This document shows, in pieces, positions 18,805 to 31,261 of a DNA stretch of 64,000 nucleotides. A program made the position numbers and the translations under genes. Source of the DNA: Acidobacteriota bacterium (lineage in GTDB: Bacteria; Acidobacteriota; UBA890; WLXD01); contig CBDFKD010000002.1 of the NCBI GenBank assembly GCA_965248695.1, positions 4,192,001 through 4,256,000 on the forward strand, read 5' to 3'. The first letter of the stretch is position 1. Every line of letters begins with the position of its first letter. The notes beneath the pieces are model-generated. The model saw only the letters and a list, made by a program, of their open reading frames with translations, had not been told where the DNA came from and did no database searches.

Positions 18805-19149
18805 ATGCGAATAGGACGCGAATTGATGCGCGGTGCCGGTCCGGTGGCCGTGCTGTCGCTTCTGGAGCAGCGCGAGAGGTACGGCTACGAGCTCGTCGAG
18901 GCGCTCGAGGCACGCACCGACGGTGTGCTCGCCATGGGGCAATCGACGTTGTATCCGCTGCTGTACAACCTGGAGGCCAAGAAGCTGATCGTCGGTCGTT
19001 GGAAGACCGCCACATCGGGTCGTCGGCGCAAGTACTACCGACTGACAGCGGCCGGTCGAAAGCGCCTGGAGTTGCACCGGACGCAGTGGCGGCAGCTGGT
19101 GCAGGCAATGACCGGGCTCGGGCTGCTCGACTCTGCGGACGAGCGCTGA
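18805..19149 (+). CDS. PadR family transcriptional regulator
   Basis: 'RELMRG...YGYELVEAL...STLYPLLYNLE...RRRKYYRLT'; GGAGAG RBS. Confidence 0.93.
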   Translation: MRIGRELMRGAGPVAVLSLLEQRERYGYELVEALEARTDGVLAMGQSTLYPLLYNLEAKKLIVGRWKTATSGRRRKYYRLTAAGRKRLELHRTQWRQLVQAMTGLGLLDSADER

Positions 19150-19177
19150 GGCGCGACGGATTCAACGAGGAAAGGCG

Positions 19178-21935
<2,758 letters not shown>

Positions 21936-22117
21936 ATTGCCTCCCAGGGCTGCAGAGTCACTCCCCGCGTAGCACTGCCACCGATTCCACACGCGGGGCG
22001 CGCGTCGTGGGGATCAGACAGGCGACGGGAGCAATCGAGCCAAAGAGCGCTACCACTGCGCCGAACGCGAAGGGATCGGTCGCACGGATCCCGTCCCCTG
22101 GCCGGCTCCCGACGTCC

Positions 22118-22141
22118 TATAGTTGACTTGAAACAATTATA
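22118..22141. promoter_or_regulatory. Imperfect palindrome upstream of padR #3, putative operator/promoter
   Basis: TATAGTTG-N8-CAATTATA; contains TTGACT. Confidence 0.45.
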
Positions 22142-22189
22142 CGGATCGCGCCGTAGACGTGGGTAGGAACGCCACCGGAGATCGATTCT

Positions 22190-22558
22190 ATGCCCGCACC
22201 AACCTCCAAATCGGACGACAGGTCGCTGTCACAGCGTGACTTCCTCATCCTGTTCCAGCTGCTGGATGGCGAGTGCCACGGGTACGGGCTGCGCAAGGCG
22301 ATCGCCGAGCGAACCGACGGGGCGTTGACCCTGGATCCGGCCAACCTGTACCGGGCGCTGCAGCAGTTCATCGATGCTGGTCTGGTGCGCGACGGCGGGC
22401 GTCGTCGAGCGCCGGACTCCGACCGGATGCGGCGCTACTATGCGATCACCGCCTCCGGGCGTGCGGCCGCGGCCGCGGCTGCGGAACGTATGCGGGATCT
22501 GGTGGATGCCGCTGAGGCGAAGCAGCTCATACCACGATCGGTGGCGGGCAGTGACTGA
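22190..22558 (+). CDS. PadR family transcriptional regulator
   Basis: 'DFLILFQL...HGYGLRKAI...ANLYRAL...RRYYAIT'. Confidence 0.92.
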   Translation: MPAPTSKSDDRSLSQRDFLILFQLLDGECHGYGLRKAIAERTDGALTLDPANLYRALQQFIDAGLVRDGGRRRAPDSDRMRRYYAITASGRAAAAAAAERMRDLVDAAEAKQLIPRSVAGSD

Positions 22559-25280
22559 GCCGTCTTCCGGGTCCCCGTCGTCGCCGATCCCTCGCCCGCA
22601 GCTCGATCCTCCGGAGTCAACGACGCGCCCACTCGGGCTGACGGGCGTTGTCGTGGCTGTCTACAGCCTGCTGGCGCTGACGCTGCCACGCCGGCTCCGA
22701 CGACTGCGGCGAGCGGAGATGATCGAGTTGTTCCAGGACGTGTGGCTGGAGGAAACGCGGGGGCGCGGTACCTTCGCGGGGTTCCGCTTCGCGTTCGGGG
22801 CCGCGGTGCGACTGTTCGGTACGTCGTGGCAGGCCCGATTCGGTCGGGGCGACCGCGGTCCCGCGTCGCCAGGCAGAGGTGGGCGGCGCACCGCCGGCTG
22901 GTTGCAGGACATCCTCTACGGCCTCCGCATGATCCGTCATCGGCCGGGGTTTGCCCTGACGGTGATCGTGACGCTGGCGGTGGCGATCGGGGTCAACAGC
23001 ACGATCTTCTCGATGGTGCGGTTCATGATCTTCGTGCCCATTCCGTTCGACGAGCCGGCCCGGGCTCGTGGTCCTGCGAGGCCGCAATCTCGAGCTCAAC
23101 CGATTGCGCGCCGGATTGTCGCTGCTCGATACGGGGGATCTCGCAGACGCTGCACGCAACCTGGAGGGAGTCGCGCCCTACGTCTCCGGACGCTTCGCGC
23201 TCACCGGCCTCAGGGACCCGGTTCGGGTAGCCGGGATGCAGGTCGGTGTCGACTATTTTCGCGTCACCGGCGTGCGCGCCGTGATCGGGCGGTCCTTTTC
23301 GCAGCGCGAAGCCGAGCTGGGCGAAGCCGTTGTGCTACTGAGCCATGGTGCCTGGCAGCGACGTTTCGGCGCCGACCCTGACATCCTGCAGCGCAGCATC
23401 CAGCTCGACGGGGTCGAGCACCGGGTCATCGGCGTGGTGATGCCTGAGATGGAGTTCGGCAGCCTCCGCGTCGTCGAGGTGTGGACGCCGGTCGTCAGGG
23501 ATCCGTCGGCAGCGCGCGACCAACGCACCTTCTCCGTCATCGCCCGGCTGGCCGAGAACAGCACCCAGGCAGCGGCTCAGGCTGAGGTGACGAGCATCGC
23601 CGCCCGCCTCGCGGCACGTCTTCCGGAGACCAACGCCGGCTGGGACGTCGAGGTCTTCAGCTTGCGCCAATCGTTGCTGGGCGAGAACGCTGCGCGGGTA
23701 CTGGCGATCTTGACCCTGGCGGTGGGGTTCGTGCTTGCCATCGCCTGCGTCAATGTCGCCAACCTGTTGCTGGCGCGGTCGTCGGGCCGTCGCCGTGAGC
23801 TAGCGGTGCGCCGGGCGCTGGGCGCCAGCCGTCTGCGCTTGATGCGCCAGCTGTTGACCGAGAGCGTCTTGCTGGCGGTCGCGGCCAGTGTGCTTGGCCT
23901 CGGGCTGACCCGTGTCCTCTTCGCGTCCCTGGTAGCCGTTACTCGCAGCCGGCTGCCCTTCTTCACCGAGCTATCTATCGACCCGGCGGTGGTGCTGTTC
24001 GCCCTTGGCCTGGCGCTGATCACGCCGATCGCGTTCGCAGTGCTGCCTGCCATCCGTGGTACCGGATCAGATCTTCAGCACAGCCTCAAGGACGGCGGTG
24101 GCGGACGTACGGCGGGCAGACAACGACGTTCGAGCCGCCTGCTCGTGGCCTCGCAAATGGCGCTCGCGCTGATTCTCCTCGTGGTAGCGAGCATGGCATC
24201 GCAGTCGATCATCAAGCTCACCGCGATGGAGCTCGGGTTCGACTCCGAAAGCACGCTGACCCTGATGCTGGAAGCCGGACCTACCGCCGAGCCCCTCACC
24301 GATACGATGACGCTGCGGGAGGTGGAACGCTCGTTGCTGACATTGCCCGCGGTGGCAGCCGTCGGCATTACAAGCCACCTGCCGATCGTCGGCGCCGAGC
24401 CGGATCGAAGCCTGCAGATCGAGGGGGTCGACGAGGAGGCACCCGAGGAGCGACCGCGTGTCGCGACTGTGTTCGTGACCCCGGGTTTCTTCGAGGCCAC
24501 CCGGATTCCGCTTCGGAGCGGGCAACTCTTCGCCGCCGGCGAAGACGCCGCTCCGGCAGTCGTCATCAGCGAGAGGGCTCGCGAGAGCTTCTGGGCGCAG
24601 CGTGATCCTATCGGCACTCGCGTTCGTCTGGGCGAGGACCCGGCGTGGCGCGAGGTGGTTGGCGTCGTTGGCGATGTGCGCAATCCCGATGCCGATCAGC
24701 CGCCGGAGCCGCACGTCTATGTGCCGCTGACGGCGGCTCCAGTGGCGCGGATCGCGCTGATGATCCGCACCGTCGTGGAGCCGGAACGGTCGATCCAGTG
24801 CGCACGGAGCTGTCACGCATCCTCCCGGGCGTGCCGGTCGAGGAGGTGCGAACCATGAACGAGGTGTTGTACGACGACCTCGCCAGCGACTACGCCATCA
24901 TCGGGCTGGTCACCCTGTTCGCGCTCACGGCGCTGGCGCTGGCGGTTGCGGGAACCTACGGCGTGATCGCCTATACCGTGTCGCGTCGGTTGCCGGAGAT
25001 CGGCGTGCGCATGGCGCTCGGCGCGCACGCCGGCGAGGTGGTGCGCATGGTGCTGCGTCAAGGCCTCGCGCCGGTGGCGGCGGGGACGCTCGTCGGTTGG
25101 GCCGCCGGATACGGGCTGTCGCGCCTCATGGCGGGGATGTTCTACGGTTTGAGTCCCCTCGACCCGATCACGTTCCTCGGTATGCCGCTGGCGCTTCTAC
25201 TGGCTGCAGCGCTGGCCTGCTCGATCCCGGCGCGACGCGCGGCACGCGTCGATCCGGTCGATTCGTTGCGTACCGACTAA
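22551..25280 (+). CDS. ADOP-family duplicated ABC permease; frameshifts at ~23062 and ~24795
   Basis: 'QDILYGLRMIRHRPGF', 'ACVNVANLLLAR', 'EIGVRMALGA', 'PARRAARVDPVDSLRTD' spread over three overlapping ORFs. Confidence 0.88.
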
Positions 25281-25844
25281 CTCGGGTTCGGCACGAGTGC
25301 GGCTACTCTATGTCGATGCCCGCGCCGCCGGTCACCGATTCATCCGTCCCGGAACGCCCCAGCGACAGTCGAATCGTTGCCGCCTGGATCGCCGGCCGCA
25401 AGTAAATCGCCCGACTCGTCGCTGACGGTATTCGAGACACCGGCCGCAATCCCTAGCGGCATGGTGATTCCAACCGTCAGTCGATGCCAGGGAGACCTCC
25501 GGGATCGTTCAATTCCTTTCCACCCAACAACCCAGAGCCACTCCCGACCGTAGTCCTGGCGCGAGGCCGACGACGCCCTTCGCAAAAAGAATGCAGGCGC
25601 AATTACCTTCCTGTTGGTATGGCCGAGTTCTCTTTTTCCGGTCGAGACGTGCCGCCGTCCGCGACGCCGCACCGGTTCTGGCGCTGTAGTCGTGCCCCGC
25701 CAGAATCTGTACCCACGCATTGGCGACGACGCTGAGGGCGGCATCGAGCACTTCAATCGAGAGAACTGGGAAAACCGGCGATACTGGCAGGCGGAGCTGC
25801 AGACGATCAGACAATAGGCGCCGCGCCGGACCGCAACACGGGGA

Positions 25845-28643
25845 TTGCCGATGGATCGAAAGGGGAATCAAGTCGACGAGAAGAGGACCGCGTCGTCGTC
25901 GACGAGCAGCCTGAAGTACACGGAAGAGCTGTCCGTCGTGATCGAGCAGGAGCAACAGTTCCTGCGAGAACGACACGACCGGTTCGGATATGGATCGCCG
26001 GACGAAGTGGCGCCTTGGGGCATGGCGTTCTCCGGCGGGGGCGTTCGGTCAGCCACGTTCTGCCTGAGTGTGCTCCAGCGGCTCACTCATGCAGGCGTGT
26101 TCAAGAAGCTCGATTATCTGAGCACCGTCTCCGGCGGCGGCTACCTCGGCTCTTGCCTGAGCTCCCTGTTGAGCGGTGAGAGTAACGAAGACACGCCGCC
26201 CGGTATCGAGGCAGGCGACTCTCCGTTCGTCGGCTTGAACGAGACCGACGAGTACGTAGAAGAACCTCGTCTCGGCGTGCGCCACCAGATGCATCACCTG
26301 CGTACGCACGGGAAGTATCTGATTCGCGAAACGAAGCTGCTCAGTCGCGATGTCCAACGGGCCGTGGGTGCCCTGGCCGCTGGCGTAGTGCACAACGTGC
26401 TCATGTTCGTCGTGGCGCTCGTCGCCGTCGTCGCGTTTGTCCACCTGTCGCTTACTACTCTCGACGCGGACTTGACGACGCTGGCACCGACAAAGATGCA
26501 GTCGACCTCGGAAGATGGAAGCGCAGCGGAGTCGGGTGCGCCAGCCAACGAAGCGGAGGATGACGCTCCGGCGGACAGCGCGCTTGCCTGCTGCGGGGGC
26601 TCCATCCTCGGCACCGGAGCGCTCTGGACCAGTCTCCGGGACTGGTACGACGCTGGCGTGCACCCGGTTGTCGCAGCGAGCTTGGAGGGATTTTGGAGCC
26701 GGCTCCGGCTCCGGCAGTGGTTACCGGCGCTCTTGTGCGGTGCTCTGTGGACCGGCCTGTGGAGCCTTGGTGGCCTTGTGGTGGTGCGCAGAATCGGTAG
26801 GGCCAAGGGCAAGCCGCGAGCCTCGACGAGATCGGGCTGGAACATCGAAGACCACTACGAATCGAACTTCATCCGCGGGTTCAACGTTTCGTCGCTACTG
26901 GTCGTGGTTGCTCTGACCGTTTGGCTGACTCTCGGGAGGGCCGACCCGTTCCTTCCCGGTTTGTGGATCCCGTTCTGGTTTGCCGCCGGTGGTGCCTTCG
27001 TAGCTTTCCTGGTGCTGAATTACGCCAAGTCGTATGCGCTGCGGAGCCAGCAGAGGCAGGGGGCGGAGTCGATCCACGTTTCCGGTTTCCTGCGCCGGCC
27101 CCTGGCTGGCGTGGAACTGCGCCAGCTACGCACGCTGCGGTCTCTATATTCGGGACTGCAGGGCGCCGCTACGTACGGAATGGTAGCGACGGTGCTTACG
27201 CCGCTCGCGATCATCGTGGCGCTGTCGCTAACGGACCTCAAGTTGCAGTTCTTCGTTTCGCTGTTGTCGGTCACCATCGGCTGGGCGACGGCGCGCGGCC
27301 GCGGCCGGGGCGACACGCGGCTCGGCAGGATCTTCCGCAGCTTGCAAAAACCGCTGACGAATCTGGCGTTGATGGTGTTCCTGATGTTCGCCGGCGCCTG
27401 GGTGTCGGAGTTCATGCTGTGGCAGGTGCGGACCGCAAGCGAGGGGCCCTTCGCCGTTTCGCAGCACGGCTTCCGTGCCGTTCACCTGCTCATTCTCACC
27501 GCAAGCATCGCGCTGCTAATGGCGCTGGGTTGGCTGATCAATTCCAATCGCATATCGCTCCACTATTTCTACCGGGACCGCCTCGCGGAGGCGTACCTCA
27601 AGACCGATGCCCGGAAACCGCGCGGCCCAGATACAAATAGGCAGGGCATGCCGTTGACGGTGCTGCGAAACGACAGCGCGCTGCTGCTGAAAGACTTGGG
27701 CGAAGGCAATGGGCGGGGCCCCTACCACCTGATCGTAACGGCGCTGAATCTCGCCGGCTCCAAAGAGCTCAATCGCAAGACGTTCCTGTCGGAGCACTTC
27801 GTTTTCTCGAAGCACTACTGCGGCTCGCCGATTACCGGATACGTACCGACCGAGCAGTATCACGGCGGACGCACGGAGCTGGCTCGAAGCATGACGATCT
27901 CGGCCGCGGCCGTTGGCTCGGCGATGGGATATCACACGTTCTGGGCCCAGGCGTTCTTCATGACGTTGGTCAACGCCCGGCTCGGGTACTGGATGGACAA
28001 CCCATGGCTGTACCGACCGCGTCCGGGCTCCGATAGCAACAGCGGACCGTACCGGACGCGGTATTGGACCTCTTGGCCGTACTACCTCTGCCTCGAGCTG
28101 TTCGGCCTCACCAACGCCCGAACGCGGCTGGTGAACCTGTCGGACGGCGGGCACACAGGTGACAATCTCGGCCTGTTGCCGCTCCTTCAACGGCGCTGCG
28201 GCACGATCATCGTTTGCGACGCCGAGGCCGATCCCCACCTCGCCTTCGGCTCGTTCAACAATGCTGTGCGCATGGCGTACATCGAGGACAACATCCGCAT
28301 CGAGATCGATCTCACGCCCATTGCCACACGCAAGGAGGAAAACCCCGGCTACCGGCTGAGTCGGAAGAGCGTCGTCACCGACGGCAAGATCCACTATCCG
28401 GACGGATCCAAGGGCAATCTCATCTACATCAAGTCGTCCGTGCCGAAGCCGTCGTCGAAGCTACCGGTTCACGTCGGTAACTACCTCAAGCGCTTCAAGC
28501 GCTTTCCGCACCAATCCACCGGCGACCAGTACTTCGACGATGCCCAGTTCGAGGCCTATCGCGCCCTCGGCGAGCATGTTGCACAGCAAGCAGTGGACTC
28601 GCTGGACACCACCGAGGCGAACAGGGGCGTCAAGTCGTCGTGA
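25845..28643 (+). CDS. Patatin/cPLA2-like phospholipase with large multi-TM insertion
   Basis: Oxyanion 'SGGGVRS', nucleophile 'STVSGGG', catalytic 'LSDGGH..DNLG', C-term 'FPHQSTGDQYFDDAQFEAYRALG'; many hydrophobic helices in between. Confidence 0.88.
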   Translation: MPMDRKGNQVDEKRTASSSTSSLKYTEELSVVIEQEQQFLRERHDRFGYGSPDEVAPWGMAFSGGGVRSATFCLSVLQRLTHAGVFKKLDYLSTVSGGGYLGSCLSSLLSGESNEDTPPGIEAGDSPFVGLNETDEYVEEPRLGVRHQMHHLRTHGKYLIRETKLLSRDVQRAVGALAAGVVHNVLMFVVALVAVVAFVHLSLTTLDADLTTLAPTKMQSTSEDGSAAESGAPANEAEDDAPADSALACCGGSILGTGALWTSLRDWYDAGVHPVVAASLEGFWSRLRLRQWLPALLCGALWTGLWSLGGLVVVRRIGRAKGKPRASTRSGWNIEDHYESNFIRGFNVSSLLVVVALTVWLTLGRADPFLPGLWIPFWFAAGGAFVAFLVLNYAKSYALRSQQRQGAESIHVSGFLRRPLAGVELRQLRTLRSLYSGLQGAATYGMVATVLTPLAIIVALSLTDLKLQFFVSLLSVTIGWATARGRGRGDTRLGRIFRSLQKPLTNLALMVFLMFAGAWVSEFMLWQVRTASEGPFAVSQHGFRAVHLLILTASIALLMALGWLINSNRISLHYFYRDRLAEAYLKTDARKPRGPDTNRQGMPLTVLRNDSALLLKDLGEGNGRGPYHLIVTALNLAGSKELNRKTFLSEHFVFSKHYCGSPITGYVPTEQYHGGRTELARSMTISAAAVGSAMGYHTFWAQAFFMTLVNARLGYWMDNPWLYRPRPGSDSNSGPYRTRYWTSWPYYLCLELFGLTNARTRLVNLSDGGHTGDNLGLLPLLQRRCGTIIVCDAEADPHLAFGSFNNAVRMAYIEDNIRIEIDLTPIATRKEENPGYRLSRKSVVTDGKIHYPDGSKGNLIYIKSSVPKPSSKLPVHVGNYLKRFKRFPHQSTGDQYFDDAQFEAYRALGEHVAQQAVDSLDTTEANRGVKSS

Positions 28644-30121
28644 GCACTGACCGACCTCAGTACCCTCCCTACTTCGAGCCGCCGCTGTACCAGCCGAACG
28701 GCGCTTTGGTAGCCGAGAACCCGCAACACGAAGACGTGGTAGCCACCATCGATCGCATTCGCGACCGCGCCGACTACCTGTCGTGCCATGAGGGTGGACG
28801 CTTCGCCGACGACCGCTACACCGGCGGCCGAAATCACTTCCAGGGCCTCCAGCGGCTGCGCCGGGGTCGCCACATGGTGGTTTCCGGCGCCGACCCCGAG
28901 GAGGGCTCGCACCTTTTCGTAGTGCGCCTGGCGTCGCGGCGCGCCAGCGGACCGTGGACCTCGAACGTAACGCTCGGGGAGCATCCGGCGGGCGACGACC
29001 AGGTGTCGCAGGCGATCCTCGTGGACGAGCTCAAAGACGGCCCCGGCGGACTCTGGCATGCCGGCGGCATGGACCTGTGCGGCGATATTCTCGCCGTCCC
29101 GGTGGAGCGTTCCCGGCAGGGCTTCGTGCCCGACCGATCGGAGATCCGCTTCTTCCACACCCGCGATCCGGACCGCATCGAGCGCTTCTCCGACTCCGTG
29201 ACCCTGGCGCGTCCCGGCTTCGAGGCGGGTGCGGTTGCCCTCACCAAGTTGCCCAACGGGCACTTCTTGGTCGCCGCCTGGAGCGACAGCGACTCCGCCA
29301 AGCGACGCTTCGACTTCTACCTGTCCGAGCACCCCGATTTCCTGGGCGGCTTCGGCGGCACTCCGGCGCCGGTTCCGTTCGAGGTCAACCCGCGGATCTT
29401 CAAGAAGTACCAGACAATCAACTTCTTGGTGCAGCAGCCCGACTCGCCGAACGGTGCCGTGCGCCTGTTCATCGCCGGACTGCACAACGACTCTCCCGGC
29501 GCCCCGGTGCTGCCTGGCCGTGACCTGCTGGATCTGTTCGAGGTCCGCTTCCGCAAGTCGATCCTCTACGATGCCAACCCCTTGCTCACGCCGCCGCTCT
29601 GGATCACCCCACGCGGCTCCTCACGCCTGCTCCCGTGCCGCTCCCGCCAGTGCAACATGGACGCCGCTGCGAGCTTGTTCTGCGATCCCTTCGGCGACCT
29701 GTACGTCTACTCGTCGTTCCACTGGCTGGAGGGCGGCCTGATGCGCTTCAACGAGTACCGCCCCGATCCTGTCGCTCGTGGCCCCATCACCCACAAGGCC
29801 GACGCCTGGATCGACCTGTTCGAGCACAACACCTATGGCGGCAGGTCGCTGACGCTCCTCGGCGCGGCGCGCAACATCCGCGACTACGGCCGCATCCGCG
29901 TGCAAGGGGCGCACTTCGACAACAAGGTGTCGTCCATTCGCTGCCAGCTCGCCCCCGGCGACACGTACTGCCTGTATCAGCATCGTCACTACAACAACTC
30001 CCGGGCCGGCAAGACGCTGCGGCTCACCGGCACCGGCGCTATCCAGGAGATCCCCGACCTGAAGGACTGGCACCAGCCCGACGATTTCAACGACAAGGCG
30101 TCGTCGTCACGCTACCTCTGA
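28640..30121 (+). CDS. Uncharacterised beta-propeller-like protein with C-terminal beta/gamma-crystallin domain
   Basis: 'NHFQGLQR', 'WHAGGMD...LAVPVE' beta-rich N-part; Greek-key motifs 'LFEHNTYGG..FDNKVSSIR' and 'LYQHRHYN..FNDKASSSR'; GTGA overlap with patatin stop. Confidence 0.7.
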   Translation: MSTDRPQYPPYFEPPLYQPNGALVAENPQHEDVVATIDRIRDRADYLSCHEGGRFADDRYTGGRNHFQGLQRLRRGRHMVVSGADPEEGSHLFVVRLASRRASGPWTSNVTLGEHPAGDDQVSQAILVDELKDGPGGLWHAGGMDLCGDILAVPVERSRQGFVPDRSEIRFFHTRDPDRIERFSDSVTLARPGFEAGAVALTKLPNGHFLVAAWSDSDSAKRRFDFYLSEHPDFLGGFGGTPAPVPFEVNPRIFKKYQTINFLVQQPDSPNGAVRLFIAGLHNDSPGAPVLPGRDLLDLFEVRFRKSILYDANPLLTPPLWITPRGSSRLLPCRSRQCNMDAAASLFCDPFGDLYVYSSFHWLEGGLMRFNEYRPDPVARGPITHKADAWIDLFEHNTYGGRSLTLLGAARNIRDYGRIRVQGAHFDNKVSSIRCQLAPGDTYCLYQHRHYNNSRAGKTLRLTGTGAIQEIPDLKDWHQPDDFNDKASSSRYL

Positions 30122-30157
30122 GGGCGGGCGGGCGCCGAGCAACCGCGAGGATTCGTC

Positions 30158-30874
30158 ATGATCGAGATTCCTAGTTTCCGCCCCGAGACTCGCTACGGCA
30201 TGCCGCCGGCCGACCACCTGTTGTTCAATCGCGAGTACATCATCGGCTACTCCTACCTCATGCGGCAGGCACGCTGGGCGATGGAGGTCATCGATCCGCA
30301 CAACGCCCGCGTCGAGGTGCAGCGCAACGATGCGTTTCGGGCTGACCTGCGGATTCCCGAGCAGTTCCGCGCCGACCTGGAGGACTATCGCGGCTCAGGC
30401 TTCGACCGCGGTCACCTGATCGCCAGCGCCGATCGCCGCGCCGAGCGGGTGGAAAACAGCGAGACGTTCCTGCTCACCAACATGGCGCCGCAGAAGCCGC
30501 GCTTCAACCGCGGCATCTGGAAGCGGCTCGAAGAAGCGGTTCGAGCGCTGGCCGCCCAGGACGACATCCTCGAGGTCTACACGATCTGCGGACCGCTGTT
30601 CAACTTCCAGGAAAAGCTCACCAAGATCGGCGCCGACATCGTGGTGCCGCACGGCTTCTTCAAGTCCGTGCTGTCGGAGGACCGCCGCGGCAAGCTCAAG
30701 CTGCGGACGTTCGCCATCTCCAACAAAGACGCCGGCGACAAGCAGCTTCGCGACTGCATGAAGCGCGCCGTCGATGTGGAGCGCTGGTCGGGGCTGGCGC
30801 TGTGGGACCGCTTGCGCGGCGCCGCCGCCGATCGACTGCGCGCCGGGAAGGGAAGGATGTGGGCGATGTCGTAA
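30158..30874 (+). CDS. DNA/RNA non-specific endonuclease (NucA/EndoG beta-beta-alpha-Me), no signal peptide
   Basis: 'GFDRGHL', 'TFLLTNMAPQ', 'FNRGIWKRLE', 'VPHGFFK'. Confidence 0.93.
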   Translation: MIEIPSFRPETRYGMPPADHLLFNREYIIGYSYLMRQARWAMEVIDPHNARVEVQRNDAFRADLRIPEQFRADLEDYRGSGFDRGHLIASADRRAERVENSETFLLTNMAPQKPRFNRGIWKRLEEAVRALAAQDDILEVYTICGPLFNFQEKLTKIGADIVVPHGFFKSVLSEDRRGKLKLRTFAISNKDAGDKQLRDCMKRAVDVERWSGLALWDRLRGAAADRLRAGKGRMWAMS

Positions 30875-30881
30875 CGGCCCT

Positions 30882-31075
30882 CTATTCGACGTCCTTGCTC
30901 AGCACATCCAGCTTCTTCAGGAGCACCGCACCGTTGACGTTCCAGACATGGACTTCCGGTTGGCCGCCCACCTTGCGCGCCATCAGCGAGAGATCAGCAC
31001 GTCCCTTGCGGGCGAAGACCAGAGGGGCCGCGCTGACGCTGATGTAGGTGCCGTCGAACGCTTGCACCCGATCCC
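30882..31075 (-). pseudogene. 3' remnant of a paralog of the 32726..34562 gene
   Basis: DRVQAFDGTY..VFARKGRADLSLMARKVGGQPEVHVWNVNGAVLLKKLDVLSKDVE* aligns with NRIQVFDGSY..VFARKGRIDLALMARTFDGQPEVHVWNVNGGALIKKINVLSADVY*; cut at the IS630 end. Confidence 0.8.
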
Positions 31076-31076
31076 T

Positions 31077-31261
31077 TAGTGGACCGTAGCAGTTGAACGT
31101 TAAGCGGCGATCCGACGGTTGGGATTCCGCATAGCGCCATTTCACCGGGCGCGGGTCCGGCTGCTGCGCCACCAGATCCTCCAGGAACGCGACGAACTCC
31201 GGGCTCGTGTGCCGGCTCGCGGTCTTTCCGTCCACACAGAACACCGCCGCATGCTGGGGCG
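31077..31261 (-). mobile_element. Internally deleted IS630-family transposase remnant with one terminus
   Basis: PQHAAVFCVD + GKTASRHTSPEFVAFLEDLV + PRPVKWRY, pieces normally far apart in IS630 transposases; terminus TAGTGGACCGTAGCAGTTGAA begins with TA. Confidence 0.7.

Noticed and set aside
25845-30874. CBASS or another named system
   Set aside because: No CD-NTase, Cap2/3, STAND NTPase or other hallmark gene is present; kept as an unnamed candidate.
30882-31244. 120-aa ORF as a real gene
   Set aside because: Chance in-frame chimera of IS630 remnants and the 3' fragment of a surface-protein paralog.
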